64,000 bases of DNA from Cyanophora paradoxa CCMP329 (lineage: Eukaryota; Plantae; Glaucophyta): positions 1 to 64,000 of the forward strand of contig QPMI01000291.1 in assembly GCA_004431415.1 (NCBI GenBank). The letters are read 5' to 3'. The position numbers and the translations under genes were made by a program. Positions within the stretch are counted from its first letter, which is position 1. Each line of letters begins with the position of its first letter. This document shows positions 24,501 through 38,600 of the stretch, one piece after another. Below the pieces are notes generated by a model, which was not told the origin of the DNA, did no database searches, and worked only from the letters and a program-made list of their open reading frames with translations.

Positions 24501-26617
24501 CAGCCCGAGCCCAAGCCGAGCTCGTCGCCCAGCCCGAGCGCTAGCCCGTCGCCCAGCCCGAGCCCGAGCCCGAGCCCGTCGACGTCGCCGAGCCCGACAC
24601 CGAGCTCGTCGCCGAGCCAGAGCCCGTCGCCAAGCCCGAGCCCGAGCCCGTCGCCCAGCCCGAGCCCCAGCTCGTCGCCCATGGCCAGCCCGAGCCCGTC
24701 CAGCCCGAGCCCGTCGCCCAGCCCGAGCCCGAGCTCGTCGCTGAGCCCGAGTCCGAGCCCGAGCCCGAGCCCGTCGCCCAGCCCATCTTCCAGCCTGGGC
24801 TCGAGCCCGTCGCCGAGCCCATCCGGTACACGCTCGACCGATATCTGCATAACCGGGAATGCTACAGCCCGTCTCATCAAGTTGGCGTCACTTGAGGTAT
24901 CGATTAAATTCAGCAGCAATTGTTCTCCACCCGCACTACGTGCTCTCGTCCGGCAGCTCGGCTCCCAGAGCACGGCAGCGCTTATCAAACTCTCTTTTGT
25001 CTCAGCGGCAGTGCAATCAGCCGTACTCAATGCCGCGATCCATAATTTAGAAGCCGGTGACATATACGAGCTCGAGATTTCCCTGGACTTGGACCCCGCC
25101 GCGGATCCGGACCTGGACCCCGAGGCAATTGATGATCCCCGTTCGCCATTTACATCGAAACCTACGGTGGCAATCTTCCAGTTTCCACGTAAGCTCGAAA
25201 TTTAATTTGCATGAAACCTGAACGATTATTAATTTGCATGAAATTTGAACGAAAGGGCCGAATCCTATTCCTTCCCTTCGTGTTGTCGAGTCAGGACAAA
25301 CCTGGATATCCTTTTCCTGGGGTGAGCACTTCTTCTTGCGCGTCCATTACCGCGCTGATCGTCGTACTACGGTAGACATGTTTGAGTTCGATTCTAGAGT
25401 TTTCTCCGCCAGGTCAGGATTCGACGGTCTCAGGCTCCAATTTGGAGAGGGCTGGGCTCGCAGCAACTTTACCATAATCGTGAAAGATTCGACTGGTTCG
25501 GAGGTGTATTTCGTCGGCGACAGAAACGAAATAAATGCGACCAATCTGGTTTCGGGGCGTCTTTACAGAGTAAGCGTTAGGCAAGGTTGGGTTGGACTCC
25601 CTGAATCGCTTCCAAGCCAATCGATCCTTGCTCGAACGTCGCCAAAGTCGTCCGGTACCTTGTCATATTCTCAATCATCCTTGTTTATTTTATGCAGTGG
25701 GTTGAAACAAACTTTTTGTTTTTTAAGAATCGAAGGCCGCGGCCGCGGTGCTCCTGCCATTCTCCCTCCTACTTACGGAAGCGGAGATCTCTGAGCTGGT
25801 GACGCAAGGAGGGACAGCAGGGAGAAGGCCCGTTGCTCAGTTCGAAATGGATTTTGCAATGCCATGCGAGATTATGAATGCCCGTGTGATGAAGCTCGTC
25901 TTGACCGCAATCATTCGGGTGCGTCAATCCGATGCGTCAACCCGATGATTCATATACTTTCTTTAAATCTTGAGTTGATGGAAACCGGAATAGACGACGG
26001 CAACCGACGTCACTGCTGCTCGAATCAGCGTCCACTTTTCCTTGATCAGGTGTGTGGAAGCGACGAGCGGAAGCGGGCCCGATCGGAGGCAATTGGAGGG
26101 GAAAACAAACGCGACGATAGCAGCTGGTCCTGCAGAATTTACCTCTGCAGACTTCCAGGCCAGCGTCGACTCGAGCCTAGGTGATACCGACTGGGCCAAC
26201 AGCCTTGCGGTTCTTGAGCGAGCGTTGGGCGACGGCACTGCTGTGCGTTACGTCGAGGCCGAGAGCGGGGTCGTTGTTCTGAAGTCGCGCGTCACAATGA
26301 GCCGCTTAAGCTCGCCTTCGTCGACGTCAAGCTCGCCGGACTCGACTGCCAGTGCCGGCAACGCACAAGCAAGCTCCAGCTCAAGCGCCGGCTACAGCGC
26401 GGCCGTAGTGGCCGGAACCGCGGCGGCGTGTGGTTGCGCCGTGATTGTCGTCGTTGCAATCGCGGGAACCGTGGTGGTCCGTTCGCGCCGGCGGCAACGT
26501 GAGCTCCGCTTCGCGCGTGCATATGCGGATCCGGATCCTGCACTCGAGCTCGGCGACTGCGAGTCTAGATCTGTCGAACCCGAGGTGATCAATTTGTTCA
26601 TAATTCTAAAGATCTAG
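20341..26617 (+). CDS. Large cell-surface glycoprotein with signal peptide, Cys-containing modules, (Ser-Pro)n stalk, an FN3-like domain and a C-terminal TM helix; many exons
   Basis: Signal peptide [22 protein letters not shown]; (SP)n at 24061-24825; FN3-like [17 protein letters not shown]; [29 protein letters not shown] followed by RSRRRQR. The 5' exon structure is unresolved and could represent more than one gene. Confidence 0.6.
24061..24825 (+). repeat. Coding (AGCCCG/TCGCCC)n repeat encoding a Ser-Pro (HRGP-like) stalk
   Basis: About 760 bp of hexamer repeats, with a reading-frame switch near 24460. Confidence 0.9.
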
Positions 26618-26619
26618 AG

Positions 26620-29600
26620 CAAAAACACGATTTAAGAACCCGTTTATGAACGTTAACCAACGTTAACTGATGACGATCTTGGCATACAATTTCTGACCCA
26701 ACCACGTGCACTGTGCGCTCGCAGGGTGGGTTCTCCGGCAACGTCAATCCCCGACGTGTACATGTATTTGGCACCGAGGCCCTCGATCGCGAAGTGACCC
26801 CCAGAGCTCCTTCAGAGCCGGGCGGCCTGCTCTCAATCGCAACCATCAACAGATCTAGAATCGATAACGACATCACCCGCGATCGCAGTTCCGAGTTCCG
26901 TGTTGTTTCAGTCGACCTCTAATAACGAGTCACACTGAGTCCGGGATCCTCAAGATTCTATGAACGGCTTCACGTGGCGAAACCGGTTCAAACGATTGAA
27001 ATGATGAGGAAAGGCAGATTCGACTTCATGCCCCCACCAGATTAAAAAATTAAACTTAGTCATGATCGATATCGATGTTGGAAACGGTCAGGTGCTGCTG
27101 CTGAGTTCGAGGACCCAGGCCGAGGCGGCTCTCCCGCCAGCTCCTGTAGAGCACTGAACGTGCACTTGGAGCTCGCGCCGTTGGACTAGGCTGCGGGGCC
27201 TCTTCGATTTCAGCAGTGATCACGGATTATTTGAGAGAGGCGGGGCATGCGCAGGGTTTTTGAGCGCGGCGGGGGCAGGTTCATGACGCTCCGGGGGCGC
27301 ACCCGCTGGGGACGAGGGCAGAGAACTCGACGTCCGCGCGGCGGCGCCTACTACGGCTACCCGCGGGGCGCGGCCGAAGCCGACGCGCGCGGCGGGGGCG
27401 CAGGCGGTGGTGACGTTCGTGAAGCTGGTGGGGCACCCGGCGATCAACGCGGGGCTCGTGCTGGCCGGCTGCGGAGCGGGCGGGACCCCCTCGCCAAGCT
27501 CGGTCGAGCACGGCGGCGACCAGGGACCCGTCGCCGCCCATACGGACCTCTGCCGCGGGGGCCACGCCGAGTCCCATAGTCTCCGCGAGCGCCCGGCCAT
27601 CCCGATCCAGCGCGATCGAGCCTGCCGCAAGCCAAAGCTTAAGCTTAAGCTATTTATAACGCAAACTCCGAAAGCCAACTTCAAGGCACCGGCGGGCGCG
27701 CGGCCGTCGTCGAGGACGACGACGCCGACCTCGCAGACGGGCTCCTCGCACGCGTCCGTCGCGTTGTACTCGAACTGCCGCCGTCGCCCCGCCGGCCCGG
27801 CCCGTCAGCAGCGCGCTACTTATACGTAATATATGCGCCGCGCGGGCGCGGGGCGCGGGTACGCTGCAGCACCGTACCGAGAGCGTGACGGTGCCGTTGG
27901 GGGCGGCGAGCGTGGCGAGGCTGACGTCGGACGCGATCGGAACCGTGCTGTCGTTGGCGAATCCGGATCCGGAGCAGCTGCGCGCGGACGCGGGCCCGGG
28001 CTCAGTCAGTTATCACGAGATCAACTTTCAGTAGCGGACCTGCAGCCGAGCACGAGGAACTCGGAGCCGTTGATGCGAGCAAAGACGCCCCCTACGTCCA
28101 GCTGTGGCAGAGACCTCCGCTCCACCTGTAGCGAATAGAGAGCGTGAGAGCCACATATATTGAGGCAAGAGCGGAAGAAGGGGTTGAGGCAAAATTAAAA
28201 AGGGGCTCGCCACTACAGTGGACGTGCAAACTGCAGCCGGGCCCTCGCCGAGTCCGACTTCCACGCGCAGCGGAGCGCCCGTCGCGGTGAGCTGCGCGCA
28301 GGCCGGATCGGAGCCGGTCAAGATTGTCTCGATAAATTAAAGGCTTCGATCGCGAAGGCCGCACGGGAGTGCCGGGTGGGATGGACTGGACGGGCCCGAC
28401 GGCGTATGCGCGCTCGCATCGGGGGACAGCGCCCATCTGAGAGGAAAGCGGTGAGAAGATCCCCGAGGCGCCGAAGATCCCCGGTGAGAAAGCACGTGGA
28501 CCTGAGGCCGAAGGTCGTCCATCGGGACAGAGCACTGCAGCTGGGGATGAGCTCGAGCGAGAGGGGAAGGAAGCGAAGGGCAGGAAGCGTGGGCGGGCCT
28601 GCCCCTCGGGTATGCGCTTCACGATCCTTGGGGGCGGGCAGGATCCGGAGCCACCAGCGCCGGGGCAGACGCTGGGGACGAACGGGCCCTCGACTGAAGC
28701 GCACGCGGTCATATTTCTGACGGCTTGATCATGAGCTTTGGCCCCGACAAGCTGGCGCACCAGCAATGACGAAGGAGCAGGAGGCGTTGGTTTCGGGGTG
28801 CGCGAGGAGGGACCACGTGAAGTTCGCGGCGTGTCGCCCGCTGTCGCGGCGCCGGCGTCAGCCGCGAGACTCGCGATCGGCGGGCAGGCTCTGCTTATCG
28901 CGCCTGCTGCTGGCGGGCACGTCGGGGCTGGCCGTGACCGCCAGCTCGTACGCGGGGTTGGTCACGTTGGCGTAGGCAGGGACGAGGAGCGTGCCGGGGG
29001 GAGGCCACTGCCGGAATTCGAACTGGAGCGTCCAGATCAGCCCGGGCCGGGGGACAATGGAGCGGACGATACACTAGTAGAACAAACGATCTAGACGTCG
29101 ACGTATAGTACGCACCATACCCGGGTCCAAACCGGCGAGATCGGAGATGTTCGGCATAAGGGCGCCCTGCGACAGGGCATCACGATCGATGGGAAATCTT
29201 GAGAACTCCCCCAGGGCCAGGCGCACCACTATGCGGACGCCGCCGCGGAGGATGCAGTCGAGGGACGCGGTCGTAACGTTCGGCGAGGGGCACGCGAGCG
29301 GCGGCCGCGCGTCCGCTGCGGCGCGTCGGCGTCGGGCCGCAAAAAGATCAAATTAAAGGGACGGACAGCGGACTCCGGAGGGTCCACACGACGATTGTGA
29401 CGGGGCCCGACTCGAGGCGGCCGCCGTCGCAGGCGGGGGCGCGGGCGCGCGCCTCGATCTGGTAGGGCGTGCCGGCCTGCAGGCCCTCCAGGACGGCGAA
29501 GGTCCCCCGGGCGTCCACGGGCAGGGCATCGCGCCACGGCTCCGAGTCCGAGACGTTGTAGCTGGCCACGGACCGGGGGAGCATGTTTAATTTGGATAGT

Positions 29601-32600
29601 AAAGTAAAGTGAAGTGTAAAGCGCAGGGTGAAGCGCACCCGGCGGGCCAAACGACACTCGCAAAGTTCGAGTTGTTGTTCGGGGCACGGCGGTATGAGAC
29701 ACGCACGGAGCCGGGGCGCACGCCCGACTGAATCGGCTGCCACTGCGCATGCAGGCAAAGGCGTTCAGTATTTCACGAGCATGCATATATATACCGCAGG
29801 AACCTAAAAATGGAAAAGCCACACATTAGCAACGAGAACTGAGGGGGAGGCGGCTGTGGCGTTCAGGGAGACAGGGCCGGGAGGGGCTGGCAGTCCTGCA
29901 CGCCGGCGATGTGACGTGGAACGATGGGAAGGGTTCGAATCCACGCACCATCGACGATGGCGGACTGCGGTTCGGCGAAGTAACCGTCGAGGCCGCGCCC
30001 GCCGAAGAGAAGAACAAGATCGGACGACACGGCGACGGCCGTGGAGCGCGAGGCGGGGCGAAGGTTTCCTCCCCCCCGCTTCTCGAGCCACTCGCCACGG
30101 GGCTCGCCCCCCGAGGCGTTCACCCAATCTAATTAAGTAATGTGAGTGGTAACGTCAACTAACGTTTGTCGAGTGTGTGTCGTTTAACGCACGGCTGGCG
30201 CCCCGGAGGCAGAGGACAAAGAACGAGTCGGCCTGCAGGAGGCCGCCCTGGTCGTAGCCGCCCGACACGATCCTGACAAGTGCGGCCCCGCTCATAGCAG
30301 AAATTCGAAGGCGAGGAATTCAAAGCGACGTGCACGTGCGCACCAGAGGGGAGCAGCGGCGTCGGCGTCGGCGGCGGCGGCGGCGGCGCTGCTCGCGTTG
30401 GGGAACAGGAGGAAAGAGGAGGCCCCGGCGCGGGCGGGCGGCGAGGCGGAGATGGATCCGTTTACGTCCGTGTCGAGCTCGACCCACTCGCGCAGGGCGA
30501 GGTCGAAGGCCTGCATGCGGGACGCAATCGCAAGTGAGGATCGATTAAATATTGCCGGCGTGCACCCCCGCGTGCCCTCGGTCCGTATATACGTACCCAC
30601 GTGTCGCCGAGGAACGTCGCAGGGGTCACGGCCTCGTTCGCACCGCCGAAGACGAATAGCCTGCGGGCGGTGTTCGTGCGCATGCATCCGGTAGGACGGA
30701 GGCTCGGAGCTGGCATGGTCAGCGCTAGCGCGCCTGTCAGCGTAGAGAGCGACAGCGGCCTCTTCGCGGGGCGGCGGCTGCGTTCGTTCCGCTGCGCCGT
30801 CGACGTCCTGGCCCTGTGGCTGCGGCGCGGCGCGCTGCAGAGCGGGCGAGGTGCGTGAGAGGGATGCGGCGCGGCGCATTGCAATCACCAATAATCGTTT
30901 TTATCTATAATCACCTCCCACGTGTTGGCGTCGACGTCGTAGAGGAGGACGTCCCCGCGGGGCCCGAGGCACCCGTCGTGCCCGCCGTACAGCACCAACC
31001 GGAGCCGTCCCTGGGCGCGCGACCATCCTGAGGGAGGCCAACGCACAGGGCGTGCGAGGCGAGGCAGAGGGGCGCACGTCCGCGGCGCTTGGCCAGGGGA
31101 GGAGCGAGGCGCCGCGGCGGCCGCAGGTGAGGTCGGCGCCCCCGGCATCCGCCGGCGGCGGCGCCAGCTGTAGCCCCCAGCCAGGTTAGCGTGGAGAGCC
31201 GCTGAAAAGGACAAACTTAACGTTTGGCGAGGCGCGCGCCTGCTCCCAAAAGCCCGAGGAAGCGTTTAACGCCTGTTACGGGAGCACGCGGCTCAGATGC
31301 GCGCGGGGCCGAAGCTGCGTACAGGGCGGAGACGCTCACCGCCGGCTCGTTTCCTGCACCCCCGAGGGAGTCCCAGGTCGGCATGAAAGTAATTTATAAT
31401 TATAAATAGAAACCGTGCACGGGCGAGAGTGCTCGCACCGGCGACGAAGACCCAAAAATCGTTGAGGTAGTCACCCGGGTCTTCCCCAGTCGTCCCTCCG
31501 TACATCCAAAGCCGAGCGGGACCTGCCGAGACCACATTCGAGACAGAGACCACCAAATAAAGGGGTTGGGAGGTGCGTACCGGGGTTTGTGCCGCTGCCA
31601 GCGACAGCGGCGCGGGCGCGGGCCACGGGACCGTTGGGCGGCACGCCGATGGAGTACCGCGTCGCAGACAGCTGCGAGCGACTCCAACTCAAGCGAGCGT
31701 GAAATGCAAAGGCGAGCGGGGCGCGCGCCCTCAGGTCGTAGGCAACGAAGTCCTCCATGACGCGGAAGTCGGGGCTGCCCAGCTCCCCTGCGGATGGGGT
31801 TCGGCCTCTTAAGGGTACGGCGCGAGAAGGGAGGGGGATGGGGGTACGCGTACCGACGGAGCCAAAGGGGATGTAGACGAAGCCGCCGGCGGCGGCGGCC
31901 TGCGCGTCCCGTCCCTTCATGTCCAGGTCGAATCTCACGAGGGCGAGGGCGGGGTTGGGGAGGAGCGCCCGGAGCCGCAGCGTCCCCTGCGACACGCTCT
32001 GGTTCGCAGCGAGAGCCGCAGGCGCGGAGGGGTACACCGTCCCGTTCTCGTTCGGCAGCTGCGTGGGGGGGGGGGGTTCAGGCGGGGGGCGGGGGGCGCG
32101 GGGGGTACGGGGCACGCACGGATGCGCCGGCGCCGAAGGCGTACACGTCGGGGGAGGAGGAGACGGAGAGGGAGGGGTACGCGAGCGCGCCAGCGCCGAC
32201 GGCGATGGGGCGCGCCTCGGCGATCCGCACGACCGGCGAGGGGGGTACGAGGGCCTCGCTGGGGGGTACCCAGAGGGCTGCGATGGGCCAGGAGGGGTAC
32301 GACTTGCTGTACAGGGGGGAGGAGACGGTGGGAGTTATGTTGGGCTGGGCCGTCATGTTCACAGCCGCCTCGGTACCCCCCACAACGAAGAAAACGCCCC
32401 CCGCGGCGGCTATCGAGGCCCCGAATAGGGGTGCCGTCACGTTCGCCTGCGAGGGGGGTACGGGTTACAACCTCGGGGGTGCAGTGCTCAAAGGGGGGTA
32501 CGTATACCTCCTTGACGGCGTCGTCGAGGGAGAGGGGGAAGCTCTGGAGGAGGGCGGCGGTAGCCCCCGGGAGGCCCGAGACGGTCAGCCGGGACCAGAT

Positions 32601-35600
32601 GGCTGTACCCCCCTGGCTCCGCAGCACCCAGGCGTCCGAGAGCAGCGCCGAGGGTGACGCCGGGTCGTAGCCTGTCGAGAAGCGTCAGCGGCCGAGAAAG
32701 AAGGGGGTGGGGGGGAAGTTGCGGGGGGTACCGCCGTAGACGAAGACGTCGGTTCCGCGGGCGGCCATCCCGAAGAAGGCGCGGGCGGGGGGGCCCTGCG
32801 CCGGTCCCGCCGCCCACGCGTACGCCCCCGCCCCCGCCGTGTACAGCGCCGTGAGCGCGAGCGCCGGCCCCTTGAGCGGCGTCGCGATCGCCGGGTCCTT
32901 CGCCATACCCCCGAAGAGCACGAGGCTGTACCCCGCCCCGGCCTCGACGGCGACCATGCGGTGGCCGAAGAGGCCCTGCGCGTAGTACCCCGGGGGCAGC
33001 GCGGGGCCCTGCGCCCACCGCTTCGTCGCGAGGTCGTACACGATTGTGTCTGACGAAGGAAAGTCACGGAAACTAAAAAGAAGCGCCGCGAATTAATGTT
33101 GCTGGGACCGCACCGGCGTAATGGATTACGGTGTCAGAGTACCCCACCTCGGAAAAGACGCGCACGATGCCGCCCGTCACGTACAGCTTACCCCCCAGGG
33201 CCGCCATCGCCGCCTGGCGGCCGAGGGCATCAGAGCGCGTCTCTGCAGACGGGAGCGGATCCCGAGCGGACCAGGCAGCGCTGGATTGTAATAGCACAGC
33301 GCGACCTCATTATCCTATAGATTTTTCGGAGTTAAAGAATCCTAAGTTCATAGAGTTGGAGTGTTAATATTAAACCGCGGTCTTATGATTCTATACATCT
33401 CATATGGTCTAAGTTTAACCCAAGGATCTGATCATGAGCGGGGCCATCGCGGACCAGGCGGCGCTGGCGGAACGGGGCGGGGGCGACGGCGGGGTCCGTG
33501 TCGTTGGCGGCCTCCTCGGCCCACTTCCACGTCGTCGTGTCGAGGGCGCTGAGGAGGCTCGTGCCCACGCCGTTCTCCTTGAGCCCCCCGAAGACGTACA
33601 CCCTGCGCCGCCGGCGCCGCTCCCCCGTCAGGGTCGAGCAGGATCGATCGGCTTCGAATGCGCTGCGCACTTCTCGCCGAGAACGGCGGCGGCGGCGTGC
33701 GAGCGCTGGTCTCTGAGGCCCGAGTGGGTGGCCATGCTTATATAAACGCCCGTCTGGTGCGGGCGGGGCCGGTTTGGGACAGCCGGCGCGGATCCGAATC
33801 GCTTTGAGGGGGCGCACCGCGGGGTCCCACATGGCGGTCCGGTCGCTCGCGACGAGCCAGAGCTTGTCCCCCACCGCCTGAGAACCCGCTCAGAAAGAGG
33901 GAAAAGCAAAGCGTAGCGAAGCAGAGGCGCACGAGGAGGGCGTCGTGGGGGGCGAGGGCCAGCGAGGCCGTCCAGTTGGCCCGGTGCGGCTCCGCCTCGG
34001 CGGCCGGCAGGTACGACTGCACCGCCCCGCGCGCGAGGGCCGCCGCCGGCGCCGCCGGCAGCGCGGAGAACACGAGCGGCTCGGTGAGGGAGGAGGCGCC
34101 GCCGGCCTCCGTCAGGAGCAGGGAGACGTTGAGGCCGCCGGAGAAGCCGGCGGGGGCGGCCGCCTGCGTGAGCGGGCACTGCACTTTGTAGAGGACGGCG
34201 CCGCCCGCCAGGTTGCCCGAGCCGGCGATCGCGGCGGACGCGTCCGAGAGGCCCACGCGGCAGCGGAGCGTCGTGCCCGGGGGCAGCGCCTTGCCGCTCA
34301 TGAGCGCGACCTGCGGGGGTGCGAGATGAGAGGCGGGACGCTCGAACCGAAGCGGCGAAGGGCGGCCGCGGGCCTCGAGGGTGAGGGAGCCCGTGGCGGG
34401 GAGGACGGCGGCGCCCGGCGCGAGGGAGAGCAGGGCCGGGCCGCCCTCGAGCGTCGGGTTGCGGGCGACGCGGCTGAAGGCGCGCGCCGGCCACGCCGAG
34501 GACGTGAAGGCGACCAGCAGGCCGGCTTCGACGGAGAGCGGGCCCGGCCAGCGCGGCGCGCGGCAGTCGAAGGCCGACGCGTTGCCGGGCACGGCCGCCG
34601 CGACCAGAGCGAAGGGCACGCCGGACATGCTGCAGGAGCGCGCGGCGGAGGCCGGCGGCGCGGGGTTGCCGGCCGGCGCCACGCGGAAACGCCCGCCCTC
34701 GGCCCGCTTCACCGCGCGCGGCGCCACTTCGCTCTGCGTGTCCGAGACCTCTGCGGGCTACGCGTGAGCGGGGCCGAGGGGTGGAGGAAGCCGCGAGAAA
34801 GCTTCTACCGTAGAATTCGAGGGGGGTGGAGATGGATGCCCAGTAGGAGGCGGGCTGGACGATGGCGGGCGGTGCGGAGAGGGCGAGGGCCTGGGCCCCG
34901 CGCCCCACGAAGCCCTCCGGCGTCGCCAGCGTCAGCTGCAGCGACGGCGCGTCCGCCACCGTCGGGCCGGCCTTCTGCACGATTGTGCCCCGCGAGGTGT
35001 TGAACCCGGGACCGAAGGAGACCACGACGGGCCCCGAGAGCATGAAGGGCGTTGCCGCCGTCGCCTGGAGCAAAGCCCGGCGGTAGCTCGCCGTCGCCAT
35101 GTTGAGCCCGAAGCCGAAGCTGATCGATGGAATCGTGTAGAGGCCCGGAAAGGTGGGGAAGCCGGGGGACGGGCCCAGGCCGACGCCGAGAGCGGCGTCG
35201 GCCGTGTACGAAGCGAACTTCTCGTCGAAGAGGGGCGAGCCGCGGGAGGGGAAGCGGGCCTCGGGGGCGGCGAGGGCGAGGGAGGCGAGGCCGGCGTCGC
35301 AGGCGCCGGCGGCGATGCCGACGTCGTCCACGCTGAAGTACACGTTCGCCGCTGCCGGCGGAGGCGGGGGAGCCCGTCAGAGGCGCTCTCGAGAGGTACA
35401 ACAAACTCGCACCGGAGGCGAGGGGCTCGTTGTCCCCGCCAAACCCGCTGTTGAACGAGTCGCCGAAGTCCGCCACGATGTAGATCCGCACGTACGGCGA
35501 CCACCTGCGCGGGGCTGAGGGAGGCGGGCGGGGGTACATGGAGGGGATTCGATGGAGGCGTACCCCTGGAAGGTGACGTAGTGCGTCTGCCAGGTCCCCC

Positions 35601-38600
35601 AGGTCGCGAGGTCCAGCCTGGGGGGTGGGGTGGGGGAGCGGAGTGGCTCAGATGAGATTTGAGATCAGATGGGGGGGAGTCAGAGAAAAGCGGCGGGCAC
35701 GGCTTGAGGAGCATGCAGGAGGAGTCGGCGAAGTCCGTCCCGGCGAAGTGCGTGTTCTGCGAGTTGGAGGGGCCCCAGACCACCACCGGGCATGCCGCCG
35801 TGGGGGTACCGATCCCCCGGACGATGTCCCAGGGCCTGTACCCCGGCGAGTCGACGTCCCACGAGAACTTGAGGCCAACGAAGAACTTGGCCTTCGTCTC
35901 GTTGAACGCCCCGTACTGAATGGAAATGGAAGAGGCGTGATTAAGGGGGGTACATGAGAAAGAGGGGGGTAGGGGTAGGGCACCTTGACGCGGGCGGCGA
36001 GGCAGGAGGGACCCGTAATGGGTACATGGATCGGGGGGGACTGCACCCAGTAGTTGCGGCTCGGGTTCGCCGTGGGGTACGTCACTCCCATGCTGCGCGA
36101 AACATCCGCTCGGCGCGGGACAGAGGTACTATTCGAAGAGGGGTACGCACTCGGCCATGGTGCGGGGCTTGAATGTGAGGATTCGGGTACCCGCCGCGGC
36201 GCCCCAGTACCCCGACGTCGCACCGGAGAGGCCCGAGTCGGTGTCGAGGATCTTGCCGCGCGCGTCCTGTACCCCCGGCGCGCGTGAGCCGCGCCCACCC
36301 CGCCCGGCCCCTCCCCTCGGGGCGCACGAAGGAGGCCTCCCACATGGATGGGCCGGTCCCGCCGGGGCCGGCGAGCGAGTTGTCGTACAGCCCGCTCCTC
36401 CACTGCTTCTCTGCGGCGGGCAAGAATGTGAGGCGCGCTCATGATCAAGTCTAACAGAAGCGAGCGGCGCGGCGCACTGTCGAGGTCGGAGGCGCCGAGG
36501 GTGGTCCCCGAGGTCGGCATCTCCCACGTCTCCAGGAAGTACCTGCGCGAGGGCGAGAGAGTCAGCCGCGGCCAGGCCGGGCTAGGCCGGGCTGGGCTAG
36601 GAGGCTATAATCAGGCCGCACCAGTCGCGGTCCCAGAAGGCGGAGCCGGCGGTGAGGCCGGGGGGGATGAACGTGACCCAGAGGCCGCCCCCGCCGGCGC
36701 CCGAGCCCCCGGGGAACTCCGAGTGCCCGATCGTCTTCAGCGACGCTGTGCCCGCGACCACGTACCCCGAGCCGTACGGGGGTACTGGCGCGGGGGCGGT
36801 AAAGGCCGCCGCCGGCAGCGTCGCCGTGATCTGCCGAGTTTCATCAGAGAAGCTCTCGAGAAACTGTACAAGATGTCGTGACCACGGGTTGATCTTACGC
36901 GTATAGATCTGCGCAAGTAGTTAAGCCCGGAAAACGCGGCAAGTTCGTACCAAGCGAGGGCGATACGCGCAGCAACTCTAGCTAGCGTAACTAGCTAAAG
37001 CAGGTGCCGTCGTACAGCCTTAAGACGCTAAAGGCGAGAGCCTTGAGGTCCCAAGACAGACTCCGCCCCGCGGAGACGACGCTCCCTAAGCCTGCCATTT
37101 GCATAGCATATAGGCCGTGTGTATATACATATACAGCGGCAGCTTCACAGTACAGCTTGAGTCTCGCAGCCTCGAACCTGCCGTGGCCCGCGGCTCAGCA
37201 CAAAAGTACGGGCATCATAACGGTGTACGGTTACAGTCAGTATATACGATAACCGTGAGTACTCTGCTAGCCAGCCCGCACGCAGTTACGCTGATCCAGT
37301 CAGCCGCGATCTACGGCAAGTCCAGTCTGCCGCAAATGTACTGTTCAGTTCGAGTCGACTCAGATTAATAATAATATTAATGAATTTTATAAGAGAAGTC
37401 GAATCCGATTCGAAGCTTGAAGTTTGCAAGCTCCGACTCCGCAATCGGGAGCCTCGGAGGGCCACCTGACTGGGGCAGATTCCGTAAGACTTACTGTTAA
37501 ATATTCGGCTCCGAACAGAGAAAAACTAAATCAGCAAGGAAATCATAAATGCTTCCTGAATAGGCTCGAAAACTGGAACGTCGCATCACATGATCAGATC
37601 GATCGTGCACGTTTCCCGGTCGTTCGAATTCAAGTAAACAGAATGACGTCAGGTCGCCCGGAAGCTAGTAGGAGATCGACGAAGGTACTCCAGCTGCTGT
37701 ACAGCCTGTACTCCCGGTGTCGAAGAGAAAGGGGCAGTGGCGCAGGCTAGCCGTATTCGTAGTGGTAGACTAGTAGTTATGTATCGAGACGTATACGTAG
37801 CCATGAAGGGATGGTGATGGAGTCAAAGGACGGTACAACAGTAGACAATCAGGTAGTACTAGAGTCAAAGTAATCCAGATCATAAGTAGGAAGCTCGAGC
37901 GAAGGACGATGGGCCAGACGGATGTGTACTTGGGCAAGGCTTGCAAGCATACGCAATATATATATATATTATTCTCGGAATACAGAACACAACAGGCGCG
38001 CTCATGATCAAGTCTAACAGAAGCGAGCGGCGCGGCGCACTGTCGAGGTCGGAGGCGCCGAGGGTGGCCCCCGAGGTCGGCATCTCCCACGTCTCCAGAA
38101 AGTACCTGCGCGAGGGCGAGAGAGTCAGCCGCGGCCAGGCCGGGCTAGGCCGGGCTGGGCTAGGAGGCTATAATCAGGCCGCACCAGTCGCGGTCCCAGA
38201 AGGCGGAGCCGGCGGTGAGGCCGGCGGGGATGAACGTGACCCAGAGGCCGCCCCCGCCGGCGCCCGAGCCCCCGGGGAACTCCGAGTGCCCGACCGTCTT
38301 CAGCGACGCCGTGCCCGCGACCACGTACCCCGAGCCGTACGGGGGTACTGGCGCGGGGGCGGTAAAGGCCGCCGCCGGCAGCGTCGCCGTGATCTGCCGA
38401 GTTTCATCAGAGAAGCTATCGAAAAACGATGCAAGAAGGCTCGCACGGAGGTGGTCGAGACGGCGCCAAGGCCGTTCGGGACGGCGACGTTGACGTCGAG
38501 AATGCGGAGCTGCGTAAAGTCGGCCGCGAGGCCCGTCGTCGAGAGCGCTTTGCCCTGTATCGAGAACGTGACCGCTGCGGCGAGGACGAAGAAATCAGGC

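Noticed and set aside
29925-29950. GGTTCGAATCC (also at ~39145) as a tRNA T-loop
   Set aside because: No complete T-stem, acceptor stem or cloverleaf; both lie within the kelch gene.
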